Below are positions 41,673 to 56,734 of a stretch of DNA of 64,000 nt, one piece after another. Numbering within the stretch: position 1 is the first letter of the stretch; every line of letters begins with the position of its first letter. Origin of the DNA: the human T2T-CHM13v2.0 reference genome, Homo sapiens; the NCBI RefSeq assembly GCF_009914755.1, contig NC_060937.1. One strand, written 5' to 3'. Made by a program: the position numbers and the translations under genes. The notes beneath the pieces were generated by a model that was not told where the DNA came from, did no database searches, and was given only the letters and a program-made list of their open reading frames with translations.

Positions 41673-42554
41673 CAACATGAAGTAATCATTTCGTGGCCAA
41701 GGACTGAAAAATAGTTGAAACAGATTTCTAGATAAACATTTTTAAATTATCATCATCATTATCATAAATAAAACACAAGAACCAGATGAGGATTTAGGGG
41801 TATGAACAAATTTAACTAATAGAATTATTTTTTTAAAAAAGTCCTAATTTTCCATCTGTATTTTTTTCTATAATAATTTCCAAAGAAATCTCTAATATCA
41901 GCATTCCAGTATTTCTGTGAAAAAATGCATTATTTTTGTATGCATAAATTTTTGAAAGAAAACAGTATTGTATTTTGATGTTGCAGTTTTGAATGCAGTT
42001 TATTTCAAATATTATATTTAATGATTATTAAGTTTAAAATTCTACAATAACAATTTTTCCTGAGTATTAATAAAAGGATTTAAAAAAAGCTATATGATGC
42101 CATAAGTCACTGCTCACCACCTTGCCACTATAGGGTTGCTCCTTAAAATACACTTTCCAATGATTTGTACAATGCAATTTGAAATGGTTCATTTGATGGG
42201 TTACACATTTTTCTCCTGGGCAACCATTGTATAATGCGATTCTCAATTGTTCTATTGCCAACAATATTTTATTGAGTTGTTGCTTCTGGTTTTCTGTTGT
42301 TGTTGTTATGTCACAATTCAATTATTTTTCAATGTGTGTAATTTGTTAAATATATATTTCATATTATTGGTCTCTTAATACTATATTAAAATTTTGTATA
42401 ATGTTTTATATTTTAATATATATTTTATACATTAATTCCATTAGATCTGAATAAAAGAGTTAAAATAGCATCATTGATTGAACACTTACTGTAGGTCAGG
42501 CACTATTGAAAGTACTTCACAGGTAATAATTCATTAAATTTTAAAACTCTGTGG

Positions 42555-42868
<314 letters not shown>

Positions 42869-42878
42869 CTAATTACTA

Positions 42879-43210
42879 CAGCCATGCATCACTTAACAAT
42901 GAGGATAAGTTCTGAGAAATGCATCAAAGGCAATTTTGTCATTGTGAAAACTTAATAGAGCGTACTTACACTACCTACGTGGCATAGCTTACTAGGCGCC
43001 TAGGCTATATAGTATAGCCTATTGCTCATAGGCTACAAACCTGTACAGCATGTTACTATGCTGGATACTGTAGGCAACTGTAACACTGGCAAGTGTTTGT
43101 GTATCTAAACATAGAAAAGGCACAGTAAAAATACAGCATTATAATCTTAGGGTACCATAATTTTATATGTGATTTGTCATTGATCAAAACATCTGTATGT
43201 GGCACATTTC
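42879..43210 (+). mobile_element. Tigger3a DNA transposon (about 330 bp)
   Basis: ta|cagccatgcatcacttaacaatgaggataagttctgagaaatgc ... aaacatctgtatgtggcacatttc|ta. Confidence 0.92.
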
Positions 43211-44924
43211 TACCAGCCTTCCTTGTGATGAGTTGATAATGGTAGCACATTGGCTAATATCTTTGAGGAATTATCCACTCAAATTTCTTTTTTATTTTTT
43301 AACTCCCAGAAAGATCTCTTATGAATATGCTGCATCATATTTTCCTAAATGTAATTGTTCAACATTTGTGCACCGAACTACATGAGTATCTCTTAGCAAA
43401 TAGAATCATTTATACCAACTCAGTGAACGATTTCTTTTAGAAAAACTTAGGAAAATAAACTTTTCTGTGTGTCTGATATCTAGTGATGAATAGTAATAAT
43501 GTATTATTTAATTGGGAAGACTCAAAATTACAAAGTCCACATAAAGCTTTTGTAATATTCTTGAATGTAAACCATAGCTATGTCTAGTTTTTTGGTTTAG
43601 TCTACAAACCCACATATCCAGACTCCTCAGTGAATTTCAGCTGCAACTCTACCATTCTCAAGCGTCATAATAGTTTTACTGCATGAATGAAGGAAAAAAG
43701 ATAGGATAAAATAATACTTGTGGAAAAGAGTTAGCAGCCTTTTTCAGTTTACAAATATAATGGAAATTTACTGAATGCACACATTTTTTAAAATACAGAA
43801 ATTTTCATTGTGACACTCAAAATTGGATGAAAGTAATCATCCAAATTACTCATTAAGAATAATAACTTTCTATTATGAAAAAGACTAAAAACACCTTCAA
43901 TATCTTAATTCAATTTAGATAATACAAGTTCTAAGTTACTTGTAAATTTAATCTGAAAAAACAATTTAAACGCATAGTGCCATTCCTAGAATCTTAATGC
44001 TGTCCTTATGTTTATCTGAAATGTTACTAAGTTTAGTAAGTTTAGAGAATAAATTTACCTCTGATCTAGGACAAGATACTAAATTGATCATGGCCTCTCT
44101 TCCACTAAGAAGAAAAAAATATAGGAAGTAAGCTGCTAATTGCATACTATTATATTCCAGTCATTATTTCCTAACTTCAAAGAGAGTACTCTAAGAGTCT
44201 TTTCAGTATTGAACTCGCATTCCAATTGATAAGCAATGACATCATAATTACTTCAAGCTCTAGATCGATCTGTTGATTCTTGATGGAGCAAGAACATTTA
44301 ACATATTGATTTTTCTCATTTAAGTCATTTTCTTAGCATCTTTGAGTCCCTTCATTCTATTCAGTCTTGACTGAATGTATTTAATAATATGTAGCTGATC
44401 TTTCTAATGTTTTCTCATATGTTCTATATTGTCTAGTAGACTTCTTCCAATTGACAAATAGTATCAGAATGTCCACAAAGAAACAGGATAGTGTGTAATA
44501 TATATGATTATGGATGCTATGGAATTGAAGGTGTGCTTTCTGAGGAAGCCCTTCAGGAAGAGGGTTATTAGACAGTGATGAGGGTAAGTATTTTCGTAAG
44601 GTTGGTAAGAAATATAGAGACAGCTGGTAACTAAGGAAAATGGCTGTACTAAGGAAAATCACTACCAATCTAACAAGTTTGCTGAACAATTTTATTTGTC
44701 TAAGTTTGTTTGGAGATTGTGCTAGTTACATAGACTTCAATTTCAAGCACAAACAACTGAAAAATTATTTACATTGTTCTCTTTTTTGGGGCATTCTACC
44801 ATTTTTATATAGAGCCTATTTCTGCATTTTATGCTTTAAGAATACTGCAGGTCTTCAGGAGTTTGACTCTCCCAAAATATTTTAAAGGATGGTGCCATTT
44901 GCCTAGCTACCACATAAAATATTG

Positions 44925-45180
44925 TGGTAGACAGTGAGCCAGTGAGCTCTGGAACCATTTCTATGTACTCAAATACTCAGTCCACAAGTGATCACTGGGG
45001 ATAACTTGGGGCAATTATGTAACCTCTCTGTGCCTCAACACTATATTTGTAAATGGAAATTATAATAATATATATTATAAGATTGCCATAAAGTTTAAAT
45101 GTAATAATGATCACAATGTACTTAACTTAGAACTGTGCGTGACACTTAATAAATGATCTAGATAAGTTCGCTATCACCAT
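44925..45180 (+). mobile_element. MIR
   Basis: 'aacttggggcaattatgtaacctctctgtgcctcaac...ttgtaaatggaaattataata...cttagaactgtgcgtgacac'. Confidence 0.8.
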
Positions 45181-48100
45181 GAGATCCTTGAACTTAAATG
45201 TAAAAAGGTAATCAGCTAGGTTTTTACTAAATTTGACAAACTGGTTGTTTCTATTTTCTTAGCAGTCAAGTTGTTTGTTATTCTCATAAAATGCCTCAGA
45301 AAATATCTGAGCTTCCTTACACTGGATAGTTTTGAACAGAGGCTGTTTGATCAATTTTCAGGAATGTTATAGAAGATATTGGGAAACTGAACTTAATAAT
45401 GTTCCAAGTGATTTCTAAGTTTATTAGTCAGAGACATTTTAAGTGACAGAGTAAAACAGAGAAATCACTCAGACAAAACAAACAAAGTAACATTCTTAGA
45501 CAGATACATATATCCAAAGGAGGGGTAAACAATTCTAGAGAAGGGCATTCAGAGTCAGAGGCACAGCTAAGTTTCAGACAAAACATTGTCATAATTCCGT
45601 CCCTCAGCATCTTCTCTATTCTTGTCTGTACATGTAAACATTGTTTCCATCGCGTATCTTGGGACATTAAGACTTCCCAAGTTTCATGTTCTTTAATACT
45701 TACAAAAATAGAAGGGCTAATTTATATTTTCCCCCAGTTCATAACCTAGTTTCTAGAAAGAGTGGTATGCACTTATTACATCTCTCATCTCCTTTTCTTC
45801 CTCTTCCCACTGTTCTTCGGTAACCATTTTCTCCACTTGGAAGAACTTTCACAAAAATCATCCGACTGCCAAATCCAATTGATCCCTATCCAGTCTGTAT
45901 CTAATTTAAAACATTTGACTTTTGAAATACCTATAACATTTTTCAATAACTTTTTTCTTTATTTAATCAAAACACTCTTTTTTTTCTTATTCTCTGTCCA
46001 TTAATTGTCAGAAACAGTTTTAACGTTAGCTTTCACTAGTGATCTCACAGAAGTCTCATTACTTCTCACATTACTGTCTATATGGGCAATTTCATTCAAA
46101 ACGCACTACTCAATGAGAGGCACCATTTGCCTAAAAAGGGAACTTGAGAAACTTCGTATATACATCTCACCATTTAACCTTTAAGAATTATTCGGAAACA
46201 TATGATTTTAATTAACTTGTAAATATTTACTTGAGAGCATCAATTCCCAACTGTCATTTATTCATCCTGTCAGTCAATTTATATTTATTGTGCACCTATA
46301 ATGCTATAGGCATTGAACAAAGATTTGGGGACTGAAATAAGTATATACATATGGAATAAGAAGGAATTATAGTTTAAACATATAATTACAAAATATTTAC
46401 TTGCTAACTATAATAATGCAATGAAGGGACTGGGATATATACTCTGATGCTTCAAGAGCACGAAAAGGCAATCACAGCTCATTAGATGCCCAGGAAGAGC
46501 ATATGTTCACTGGGTAGAAGAATGAGGAGGCATGAATTGGCCTCTGTGTGTATAGTCACAGATCCTCATCACCATTCATTATATTTATGTTTTGAAAGTG
46601 TCACGGCAAACAAGATGATTTGATTATTGGAAACACCTTTAATATTTTTCGATAGATTCTAATCTCCTGAATTTTTTATAAAAAAAGTTAATGTTCTTAG
46701 CAATATCTTCTTAACTACTCTGCTCACTCATCCTCTTCTAATATTGTTAAACTTTTCATATTTCTTTGACAATGTCATACTAGTGAAGGCCTTCATAATT
46801 TGTGTGTTTTCCCTCATAATATCTACCTGAAGAATGCTAATTTCTCTAATATTAAATCAAAAGAAGCCTCAGTTTTGCATTTTTTTAACTGATCATATAG
46901 CAGACTATTATTTTCCACTGTGGTTTTTCAAAATGTTAAATATCTCTCTATTATGAAAATGATTTCATAAAAATAATGAACTATTTTTCTGCTGTTTCTT
47001 ATAAGCTTATTGAGAAACTTGCTGTATTTTTAAAATAGTTATACCTTAGCATACCATATGATATCTTAGAAACTCAAATATATTCTAAATTAATTAATTT
47101 GAACTCATATCAAATATAATTTTATTTAAATATTAAAATATTTATTTTCTTATTTGATTAAAATATTTTGACATCCCTAAAAGTTGTAAAGGCTGTCATT
47201 TAATGTTAATAACTAGAAACATTATTTTTCCACATTTGAATTTTCATATAAATTTTATTTATTTCTCTTTTTATTCAGCTTACTTTTTAGAGACATTCAT
47301 TTCTGTTGCGTTAAACCATTCCATCCAAAATCTAACATAATAAAAATACACGCATGAGTTAAGCAGGACATGTAAGCCAATTTAAAGTGAGTAATTTGTT
47401 TATGTATTAATGTGATATATAGATATTTTTTATCTTCTCTAGTTAAAAAAAAAGTACCCCCTCCTGCCCAAGAGGGGATACTGCATCCTGTATCCCTAAT
47501 GAGTGTCTAATATTTTGCAATTTTGAGCCAAATAACAAGGTGATATAATTGTGTCATGGTAAAAATAATGAAGCTGGATTAAATAGCTCTCCTAGTTGGA
47601 TTCTTTTATTCTTTTTCTTTGCTTTCAATTCCCAGTAGCTAACCTTATTTTAAGGAGTTTTGCTCTTTAATGATATCTGTTCATGAAACTTAACTGTTGG
47701 GGCTTAGACTTCTACTGTAAGTTTTGGAGCTATATTGCAGCTTAGGGAATAGTGAGATATAGAAAATAATGAGACAAATTAATTTTCTGTTCCCAGAGGT
47801 CCTATATTCCCCATAGCTATCACTCAGTGGACAACCCTTTTTCTGAAAGATTGATATAAAAATAATTTATGTCAGGCTAAGAGGCAGAGCAAATCTATCT
47901 GCCTGGAAAAGCACATAAATGCCTTTAAGAAAAGAGTAGTAGCTTGTGGAGACAGTGCTTCTTGGTAATTAGGGGTGTTTATTATCCTTGTCAGGCTTTA
48001 ATAATCAATTCTGGAGTTATATAATGAAAAGGATCTCAACATTTAATATATAACCACACTATCCAAGTCCCTGTATAATTCAGCTTCAGATAATTCAAGG

Positions 48101-48742
48101 GTGTTCTGTTAGTAAGCTGCAAGATTTTTTCAGTTTAAAATGCTGCAGCCATAATTAGGAAATATTGAAAATGAACATCTTACTAAGCCCAATGAAATAA
48201 TAAAATTCTAGACCTTGAAGAGCTGAAGTGAGGTCGTGTAATTCATTCCCTTGCTCTTAAGTAATAACTCCACAAAACCAACCATTAAAAATTATAATTA
48301 AATATTTTATAAATATTACATATAACATTTTATATTTTTATAGTGTAAACATAAAGAGATGCATAAAAACCTCATTCTAATGTAGTTTATGTCTATGGTT
48401 TTGAAGAATATCACTAACAGGAATATCACAAAAAGAAAAGTATCAACATCAAATGATTCCAAATGAAAAAAAAGATAAATTAAATAAAAGGGCTCATTGT
48501 GAGTCACCTGAATTCATTTTTTTTCAATTTGAAGTAACTCTTCAACTACTGGCTTAGTTGCCTATATAGAAATCTTTGTGCCAAAGTGTTTGGATTATTG
48601 TACGGTAATGTATTGTAAGTAATGGTATTGACTTACTTCCACACATGGAGCCAGAGGGCTGCTCACTCATCCTGTGACATTGAACATATTTTCTGTAAAT
48701 ATCCAGACTGTAGGAGTTAAAGATGAAGAAATTTACAGACTA

Positions 48743-49070
<328 letters not shown>

Positions 49071-50143
49071 GAGTTCTTTTTTTGGTCTAATGTTGAAAAA
49101 TTTATTTTTACGCTAGATCTAATAGCCACAAAATACTATCTTAGGTTCTGAGCTTAACACTGTATGAATATTAATTTTATTATTTCAGCATCTTTGAAAG
49201 ATTATGTAATGCTGTTGTGCTGGTTGTCTAGTTCTTAATTTATTACCAGATTAACAGCATGTTCTTAACTATCATAATTGAGTCATGTGAAATCTGTATC
49301 TATATCTAAGTTCTCCAGTTTAGTTGAAGAGAAATACGACAACAACAGCTACTACTACAACCATCATTTAACAAAGCCTTCATGGTGTTTGGGAAGAAGT
49401 TGTGACATGGGACTTAAATACTAAATTTTTAAGTCTACTCTCTACCACTGTAATTGTCCAAATTATTTGCCCAATTTAACATCTCTGAGACATAATTTAA
49501 TCCCTAAGATTGTAGGCAATTTTTACTAAATAATCTTTAAATTGTTTCAGATTTAAGTTCTAATGAAATAACAAATCAACCGAATATTTTTGTGTATATG
49601 ATTAAATATTAATTTAAATTGGTTAGAATTTAACCAATGTTGCTTGTAATGGTGACAACACATGAATTTATGTCCAGCTTTTGGTTAACTTCCTGCTATA
49701 AATATTATTTCTACAATAAACAGTTTTACCAATATTCTCTATGAGTTATTTTACACAAATTGGAAAAAATGAATGCCTTTCTTACCACTTTTAAATATTG
49801 AGAAGCCAGTACATTATTAGCTTTGCATATACGTTCTTAAATAAAACTAAGGTCATCAAAACTTAAAAGTACAGTAACATTTTCCCACATTGTCACATTT
49901 CTTAAAACACCAATATATAAGGGAGAGAATAGTTTACATCCATATACACATGCATACTGTATCAGCAAAACCTACTAAGCAAAATCCCATAGTTTAAAAA
50001 AAAATATGATTTCGAAGTAGTTTGTAATGCTGTTAATTGTTGTAGAGTCACTACAAAATAAGACAAGTAATTATCATAATAGGGAATGATTGCCATTTAA
50101 GTATGACTGAGGGGTTAAATACCTAAAAGCTGCACTTAACGTA

Positions 50144-50293
50144 TTGAAATCCATAGAAATTAATTTGGTGTGCAAACAGAATTATGTGAAACTTATTTTT
50201 GATATGTAATAGAGACTACAGAAAGATTCTGTCCAGGTTTTTTTCCCCTTTTCCTCATGATGAAAAAAAATCTGTATATACTAGGAAAAAATG
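50144..50293 (+). repeat. 150-bp dispersed direct duplication, copy 1
   Basis: 'ttgaaatccatagaaattaatttgg...ctaggaaaaaatg' matches 53509-53658 except one substitution (50225 g vs 53590 t). Confidence 0.95.
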
Positions 50294-50459
50294 CAACGGG
50301 AATTGTTACATAAATGCATAATTTATTTTATATAAACAGGCCTTTATGGTATAAATTTGTATTGTTTATATATCTATATATCTAGATCTATATTTGTTCT
50401 AATATATCAAGTAAATGGCAACTAAAATTATTATGATATAGGACTATTTACTAACAAGG

Positions 50460-51450
50460 ACAGTTTAAATTAGAAGGATAGACCGTACCAAGTGTTGGGA
50501 AGAATCTGGAATTATTAACAGCTCTTATACAGTATCAGGAGGAATGTAAATTGTTGTAATCACTTTGAAAAACTGTTTGATCTGATCTACTGAAGCTAAA
50601 TATAAGTTTAGCCTATGACAGAGCAATTTTATTCCCTACATATATATTTAACAGAAATGTGTATATATGAGTCAATACACAAGAATATGAATAGCTACAT
50701 TTTAAAAATACTAAACTGGAAGCAACACAAGTGTCCATCAATCGTACAATGAATGCATTAATTGTATTATATTCATACAATTGAGTATTATACATAGTGA
50801 AAATATATATACCATTACTAGAGCAGCAACATGAAAGAATCCCATTAACATCACTTAGGCAAAAGTGATTATAAAAAAATGTTGCAAAAATGTTGGAGTG
50901 CAGTGGCGTGATCTCTGCTCACCGCAACTTCTGCCTCCCGGTCTTGAGCTATTCTCCTGCCTAAGCCTCCAGATTTCCTGGGATTACAGGCGCCCACAAC
51001 CACTCCTGGCTAATTTTGTATTTTTAGTAGAGATGGGGTTTCACCATGTTGGCCATGCTTGTTTTGAACTCTTAACCTCATCTTATGTGCCCGCCTTGGC
51101 CTCCCAAAGTGTTGGGATTACAAACCTGAGTCACTGCTCCTGGCCTATAATTTTATTTTTATAAAGTTAAAAAATATTTGGTGTGGGATATTAAGATAGT
51201 GATTACCTTGGGCTAGAAGAAGTACAGCAACTTAGATGAGAAATAGGGAGTACTTCCGGGGTAAGGGGGGTGTTCTGTTTTTTTGTTGGTTAGTTGGTTG
51301 ATTTTTTTTTTTAATTTGGGTAAAGGGTTACATTGGTATTCTCATATAAACACTGTGAAAATGTATTGGGCTATTATTCCATGTTTTGTATATGAAATAC
51401 AATGAAATACATATGAAAAGTGTGTGTCATATTTCAATATCAGTTAAAAA
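50460..51450 (+). mobile_element. L1ME-type 3' end, interrupted by a truncated Alu
   Basis: 'taccaagtgttgggaagaatctgg', 'cctatgacagagcaattttattcc' and 'aactggaagcaacacaagtgtccatcaa'. Confidence 0.8.
50892..51144 (-). mobile_element. AluS lacking the poly-A tail and about 30 bp of its 3' end
   Basis: Starts abruptly at 'gttggagtgcagtggcg' with no poly-T and no TSD. Ends 'ctcctggcc'. Confidence 0.9.
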
Positions 51451-51918
51451 ATAGGATTGTTGCAATGATTCATCTTAAAGGCAGTGATATTCCACAGGGT
51501 GATTATGGAATTTTAAAATTATATCTTTAAAAAATTCAAATTTTTTGTACCTGGATTATGTTTCCTCAGTTACCACTAAATGGTATTATTTTTCTTTTGT
51601 GTCTAGTAACATAACTATGACCCTGAGTAATTTGTTAAAATAAGTATTATTATTATACAAGGAATATGTTAGAAAAATATAGATAAAATGAGATACTAAT
51701 TCTATGGTATAGATATTTAAGTATTGATTTATACAGTAATTCATTTTTAATTTTCTTTTTTTACATGACATTAGTATTTTGTTTATGGTTTTTGAAATAC
51801 TTGGGAATATAACAAATACATAAATTTGTATTGATATTTATAATATCTAAGGAAATATAGTTAACTTTGTAATCACTGGTTAAAAAGCTTTTTATAGAAA
51901 GTCTTAAGGCCTTTTAAC

Positions 51919-52121
51919 ATCAGATATCTTTAATATGTAAGAAGTCTGTATCTTAAAAATATTTTCTGGGCATTTATTTTAAAATACAGTTAATATTAAA
52001 TAACGTAATATAATGGTATTATCAGATATATTTAATATGTAAGAAGTCTGTATCTTAAAAATATTTTCTGGGCATTTATTTTAAAATACAGTTAATATTA
52101 AATAACTTAATATAATGGTAT
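51919..52121 (+). repeat. Tandem duplication, 102-bp period, 2 copies
   Basis: 'atcagatat(c/a)tttaatatgtaagaagtctgtatc...aaataac(g/t)taatataatggtat' begins at 51919 and again at 52021. Confidence 0.95.
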
Positions 52122-53508
52122 ATTATAAAGTATTGTTTTCAAAGTTTTCCAAATGATCGTGTTAAAAAAAGGTGCAGCATTACAGAAGTGGAAATATCAG
52201 AAGGGAAGACAAGGGAACACAATTTTAGGTATTCTTGGTTTCTTTATTATATAAAATATGCTTTAGTTAACCCAAGAGCAACATATTCAAGAATCTCATT
52301 GTTCATTATTGTAACTTTCCCCACTGATGCTTTGTAAGAGGCTAAGTGCTAAAACTAGAAAGAAAGTTTAATAGAAAAATAAGGATACCATTAAATGTCA
52401 CTTCCAATCTCAGGTTAAATTGCTGCAAATGAGAAGCTTAGGACAAATGAAGGCATTATATAATGGGGGTTGAATAGAGCCAAGGTCATATATAACAAGA
52501 GTTCCAATTAGTGCCTATTTAAACAATGCCAAAAGGAAGCAGTTTGACAATGACTACAGGTTATTTCCTAGCACATGTTAAGAAATGCTATTTTCAGATA
52601 TAAATGACCTAGTCAGAAAAGATGTGCCATGGAAAACTTACATTTTTCCTAATAAGTTTTGGCTCACAAAGGAAAACACTTTATTTAAAATATTCCTTTT
52701 TAAGAAAATGATCTACAAAAATTCAAAATATATTGATTTAAATAAGACGCTATTTAGTTTAAAACTATTGTAAAAATAAATCCTCAGAGTATTGTTTGGA
52801 AGCAGAAGACAAAGTATAAATTTTAAAAATGAGGAATTTTATGCAAATAAAATAATTGTTAGGGGTGAAATTAAGTTCTATTGTCTCTGAATCTGAGAGA
52901 GTGAGCTGATCAGGAATGACGTGTCAGTGAGGAAAGTAGGTAGTGGGCAGTGGGCATGTTTTGGAGCTAGCCAAGTGCTGAAAGTGCTGAAAATGAAATT
53001 AATGAGCTTCTAGAAGATATTGAGTAGTTCTGCTAATGCTAAGCAGTTGTCCTCATCTTCAATTCCTACTCAATAAAGATTTTTATTTCACACTTTTGAA
53101 GATTTTTCTCTATACGAATACTATTTAGGCTCAAACTTAAAGTTTGAATTATTTATTTGCATGATATATTTTATCATAATTATAATGACATCTAATTTTT
53201 ATATGAAAATTAATATAATATGTTTTTATAAATTGTATGTTTGTTTGAAGATGGTATTATATAAGCATAAACTTTAGAAAATAATAAGCATGGATCCATT
53301 TATAGTTAGGAGAGATAGAAGATAATTCAAGTTCATCTGGTTACATGTGGTAATAAAACACGACCACTCAGAATGAATGCTTACATCTGCCAGTGAAGGG
53401 CACTAGTCTCAATAAGAATGCTTTAAATGATTCCAGATTGGCTTAAAGCTGTAGATTAGAAAAGATGAATTGGCATTCAGTTTAAAGATTTTACAGCGTG
53501 ATTACATT

Positions 53509-53658
53509 TTGAAATCCATAGAAATTAATTTGGTGTGCAAACAGAATTATGTGAAACTTATTTTTGATATGTAATAGAGACTACAGAAATATTCTGTCCA
53601 GGTTTTTTTCCCCTTTTCCTCATGATGAAAAAAAATCTGTATATACTAGGAAAAAATG
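53509..53658 (+). repeat. 150-bp dispersed direct duplication, copy 2
   Basis: Matches 50144-50293 at an offset of 3365 bp with one mismatch. Confidence 0.95.
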
Positions 53659-53779
53659 GAACTTCTTTGGAGGTAGAGCTTTAATTCGTATTCTTACATT
53701 TTCCTTGGTTTCCATAGTTAAAACAATACTTAAAATTCAGTAGAATGAGCAATATAAATTCAATACCTTTAGAAAACTT

Positions 53780-54281
53780 TGTTGCTCTTCTGGGCAGTAA
53801 GTCTGTATGTCGGTCACTTTCTTTGTCCCACTCTACTGCATCCTCTGGTCCAATTCCGCTACCCCATCTTTCAGATATAGGTTGCCTGGCCTTCTGACTT
53901 TCAAATGGATTTGGACAATGGAGCCCCAAAAATTAAATGAAGAGAGAGAAATAAGATTGACATATTTATTTCTGAGGTCTCTATCTGAAAAGCCACTGTA
54001 GCATTGTGTTTAATTAAGCTCAGACCAATGTTTAATTAGACATATTTCTTCTAGGTTGACCTTTGACATTCCTGTCTTTCCTAATTTCAAATAACTGTTT
54101 TCTCTACTTGCTTTTTCAGACATAGATATTGTTACTGCATTCTGCTGGTAGTTACCATAACTGTGTTATCTCATGTGACTTCCTAATACTATGTGTTGTA
54201 TTAAATTTCATTTATTGATATTCCTCAAATTATACAATAGGAGTGTGCCATCTGTTTTTTGCTAGGATTCTCATTGATACA
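53780..54281 (+). mobile_element. LTR33-like ERVL solo LTR
   Basis: 'ggccttctgactttcaaatggatttggacaatgg' and the terminus 'gagtgtgccatctgttttttgctaggattctcattgataca'. Confidence 0.72.
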
Positions 54282-54721
54282 GCCAGTTGCTATTATTCTT
54301 TGAACTAACATAAAATTTCTCTGGGAGGGGAAATCCATTTGCTAATGGTGAAGAAAGGTAGTTGTTAATCATTCTTAAGATCTGGATAAATTGTATAGAT
54401 ACCATGTCAGTATAATTTGTATTCAATTTTTAAAGGTCTCATTGGCCTTATAATGCCAAATACAAATAGTTTTCTTTATTCATCTTTTCTAAGTCCCATT
54501 TACTTATTTGAATACAGGCAGGACAGCTTATAATACCTCACAAGCCCAATATGAACTTACTGTACTACTAATGGACATAGGTACTTTCAAACCCACAACA
54601 TTTCCTGGGACACAAACTATTGAAAGAAAATGTACCTTCTAAGAAAATTTTTAAAGACTTTGCTCACTATACTAACTAATTCTTAAAGTCTTGACTTGTG
54701 ACATTATCACCTAATCACCTA

Positions 54722-55108
<387 letters not shown>

Positions 55109-55424
55109 TTATGGAGGAATTAAATAAAAATATTTGAGTCTAAAATGATGCATTTGAGAAGTTTATTATTTTAAGCATATATAATATTTTGGTTTTAAAA
55201 TGTTACTTTTCTTGGGACAAAACCTCCAATACGCTTAGGGAAAAACTCTGTATTAAATCTTTGAGTTATAGTGAAATAAGGATTATTATTAATCCTTAGT
55301 TTAGGCATCCATATCTACTTATCTGCTTAATGTTCTTTGTTTACATGCTATCTCAAAAGGAATTACCATACACCTGCTCAGTCCTACCGTAGACGAGCAT
55401 TTATTTTTGCTTTTTTCCACACAT

Positions 55425-55765
55425 AATCAGTGTACAAGATAGATACAGCTAGATGCCATGATAGATTAACTTTGAAAGAGTGTTGCTTTACACAATAGAA
55501 ATTTATTCTCACTCAAATAAATCCAAGTGGTAGCAGTAAGTGGAATGTGGCAGTGTAAGCCTTCCTTTTCATAAAGCTGGGGCAGCCATATAGTGATGTT
55601 GGTTATGTATAGTGGTGGGCATTATTTCTATTCACACTCCACCAGCTTGAACTCATTAACGCAGCCACTCTACAACAACAAGGAAAACTACAAAAATGTA
55701 CTCAAACTCCCTGCCTAGAAAGCGTAGGAAATAGTTTTAAAGAGAAGCTTTCCAATCTCTGGCAA
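55425..55765 (-). mobile_element. Old MLT1 (J/K-like) MaLR LTR remnant
   Basis: 'gctttacacaatagaaatttattctcactca' and 'ttctattcacactccaccagcttgaactc'. Confidence 0.55.
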
Positions 55766-56174
55766 AATCAGTCATAGTTCAAACAGACTTTTATTATCTC
55801 TAGTTAACATTTAAATCTCCTACATGTTCTCCTAGGTTTTAGTCTTCAGACAATGCCCTCTGCAATTCATATTTAAAACTGCCATATTTAAAGAAGATAA
55901 ATCATAACCCTCTTTCTTAAATCATATAAAGATTTACCTTCCTCCACTGAACACAGTCAAAACTCCTTAGTATGATATATAAATAAGAATTTACACTGAA
56001 CAAAAATGCCTGTGTATCTACGTGTCAGAAACTATTAAATAATAGAGTATAGATCCACAAAGGAAAACTAAGCGTAAACCTGGGATAAGCAAATGATAGC
56101 CTATTGCATGTTTTCAAAATAATAACTAGGATTTCCCAGGAAGAGGAGAAAAGAAAGAACATTCCTAGTAGAGG

Positions 56175-56178
<4 letters not shown>

Positions 56179-56222
<44 letters not shown>
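56179..56222. repeat. (AC)22 microsatellite
   Basis: Uninterrupted AC run. Confidence 0.98.
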
Positions 56223-56228
<6 letters not shown>

Positions 56229-56357
56229 TAGATAAAGTAGGGAAAAAAATTGCTCACCAGATGAAATTGTGGTGGCAGTGATAATATTTTCATATAATTT
56301 CCAAGGTTCTATAAATAGTTATTAAGTTATACCATCAATTTTTAACCTGGCACATGA

Positions 56358-56688
<331 letters not shown>

Positions 56689-56734
56689 CTGAATTCATTT
56701 TTAAAATATTTTATTACATTGAGATATAAATTCA

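Noticed and set aside
51919-52121. CRISPR-like or other repeat-spacer array here or elsewhere in the window
   Set aside because: Only two contiguous copies with no spacers, no cas genes, and a mammalian context.
50144-53658. Interpretation as an LTR retroelement with 150-bp LTRs
   Set aside because: No TG/CA termini, primer-binding site, polypurine tract, TSD or coding interior, and the interior repeats are far older than the near-identical flanks.
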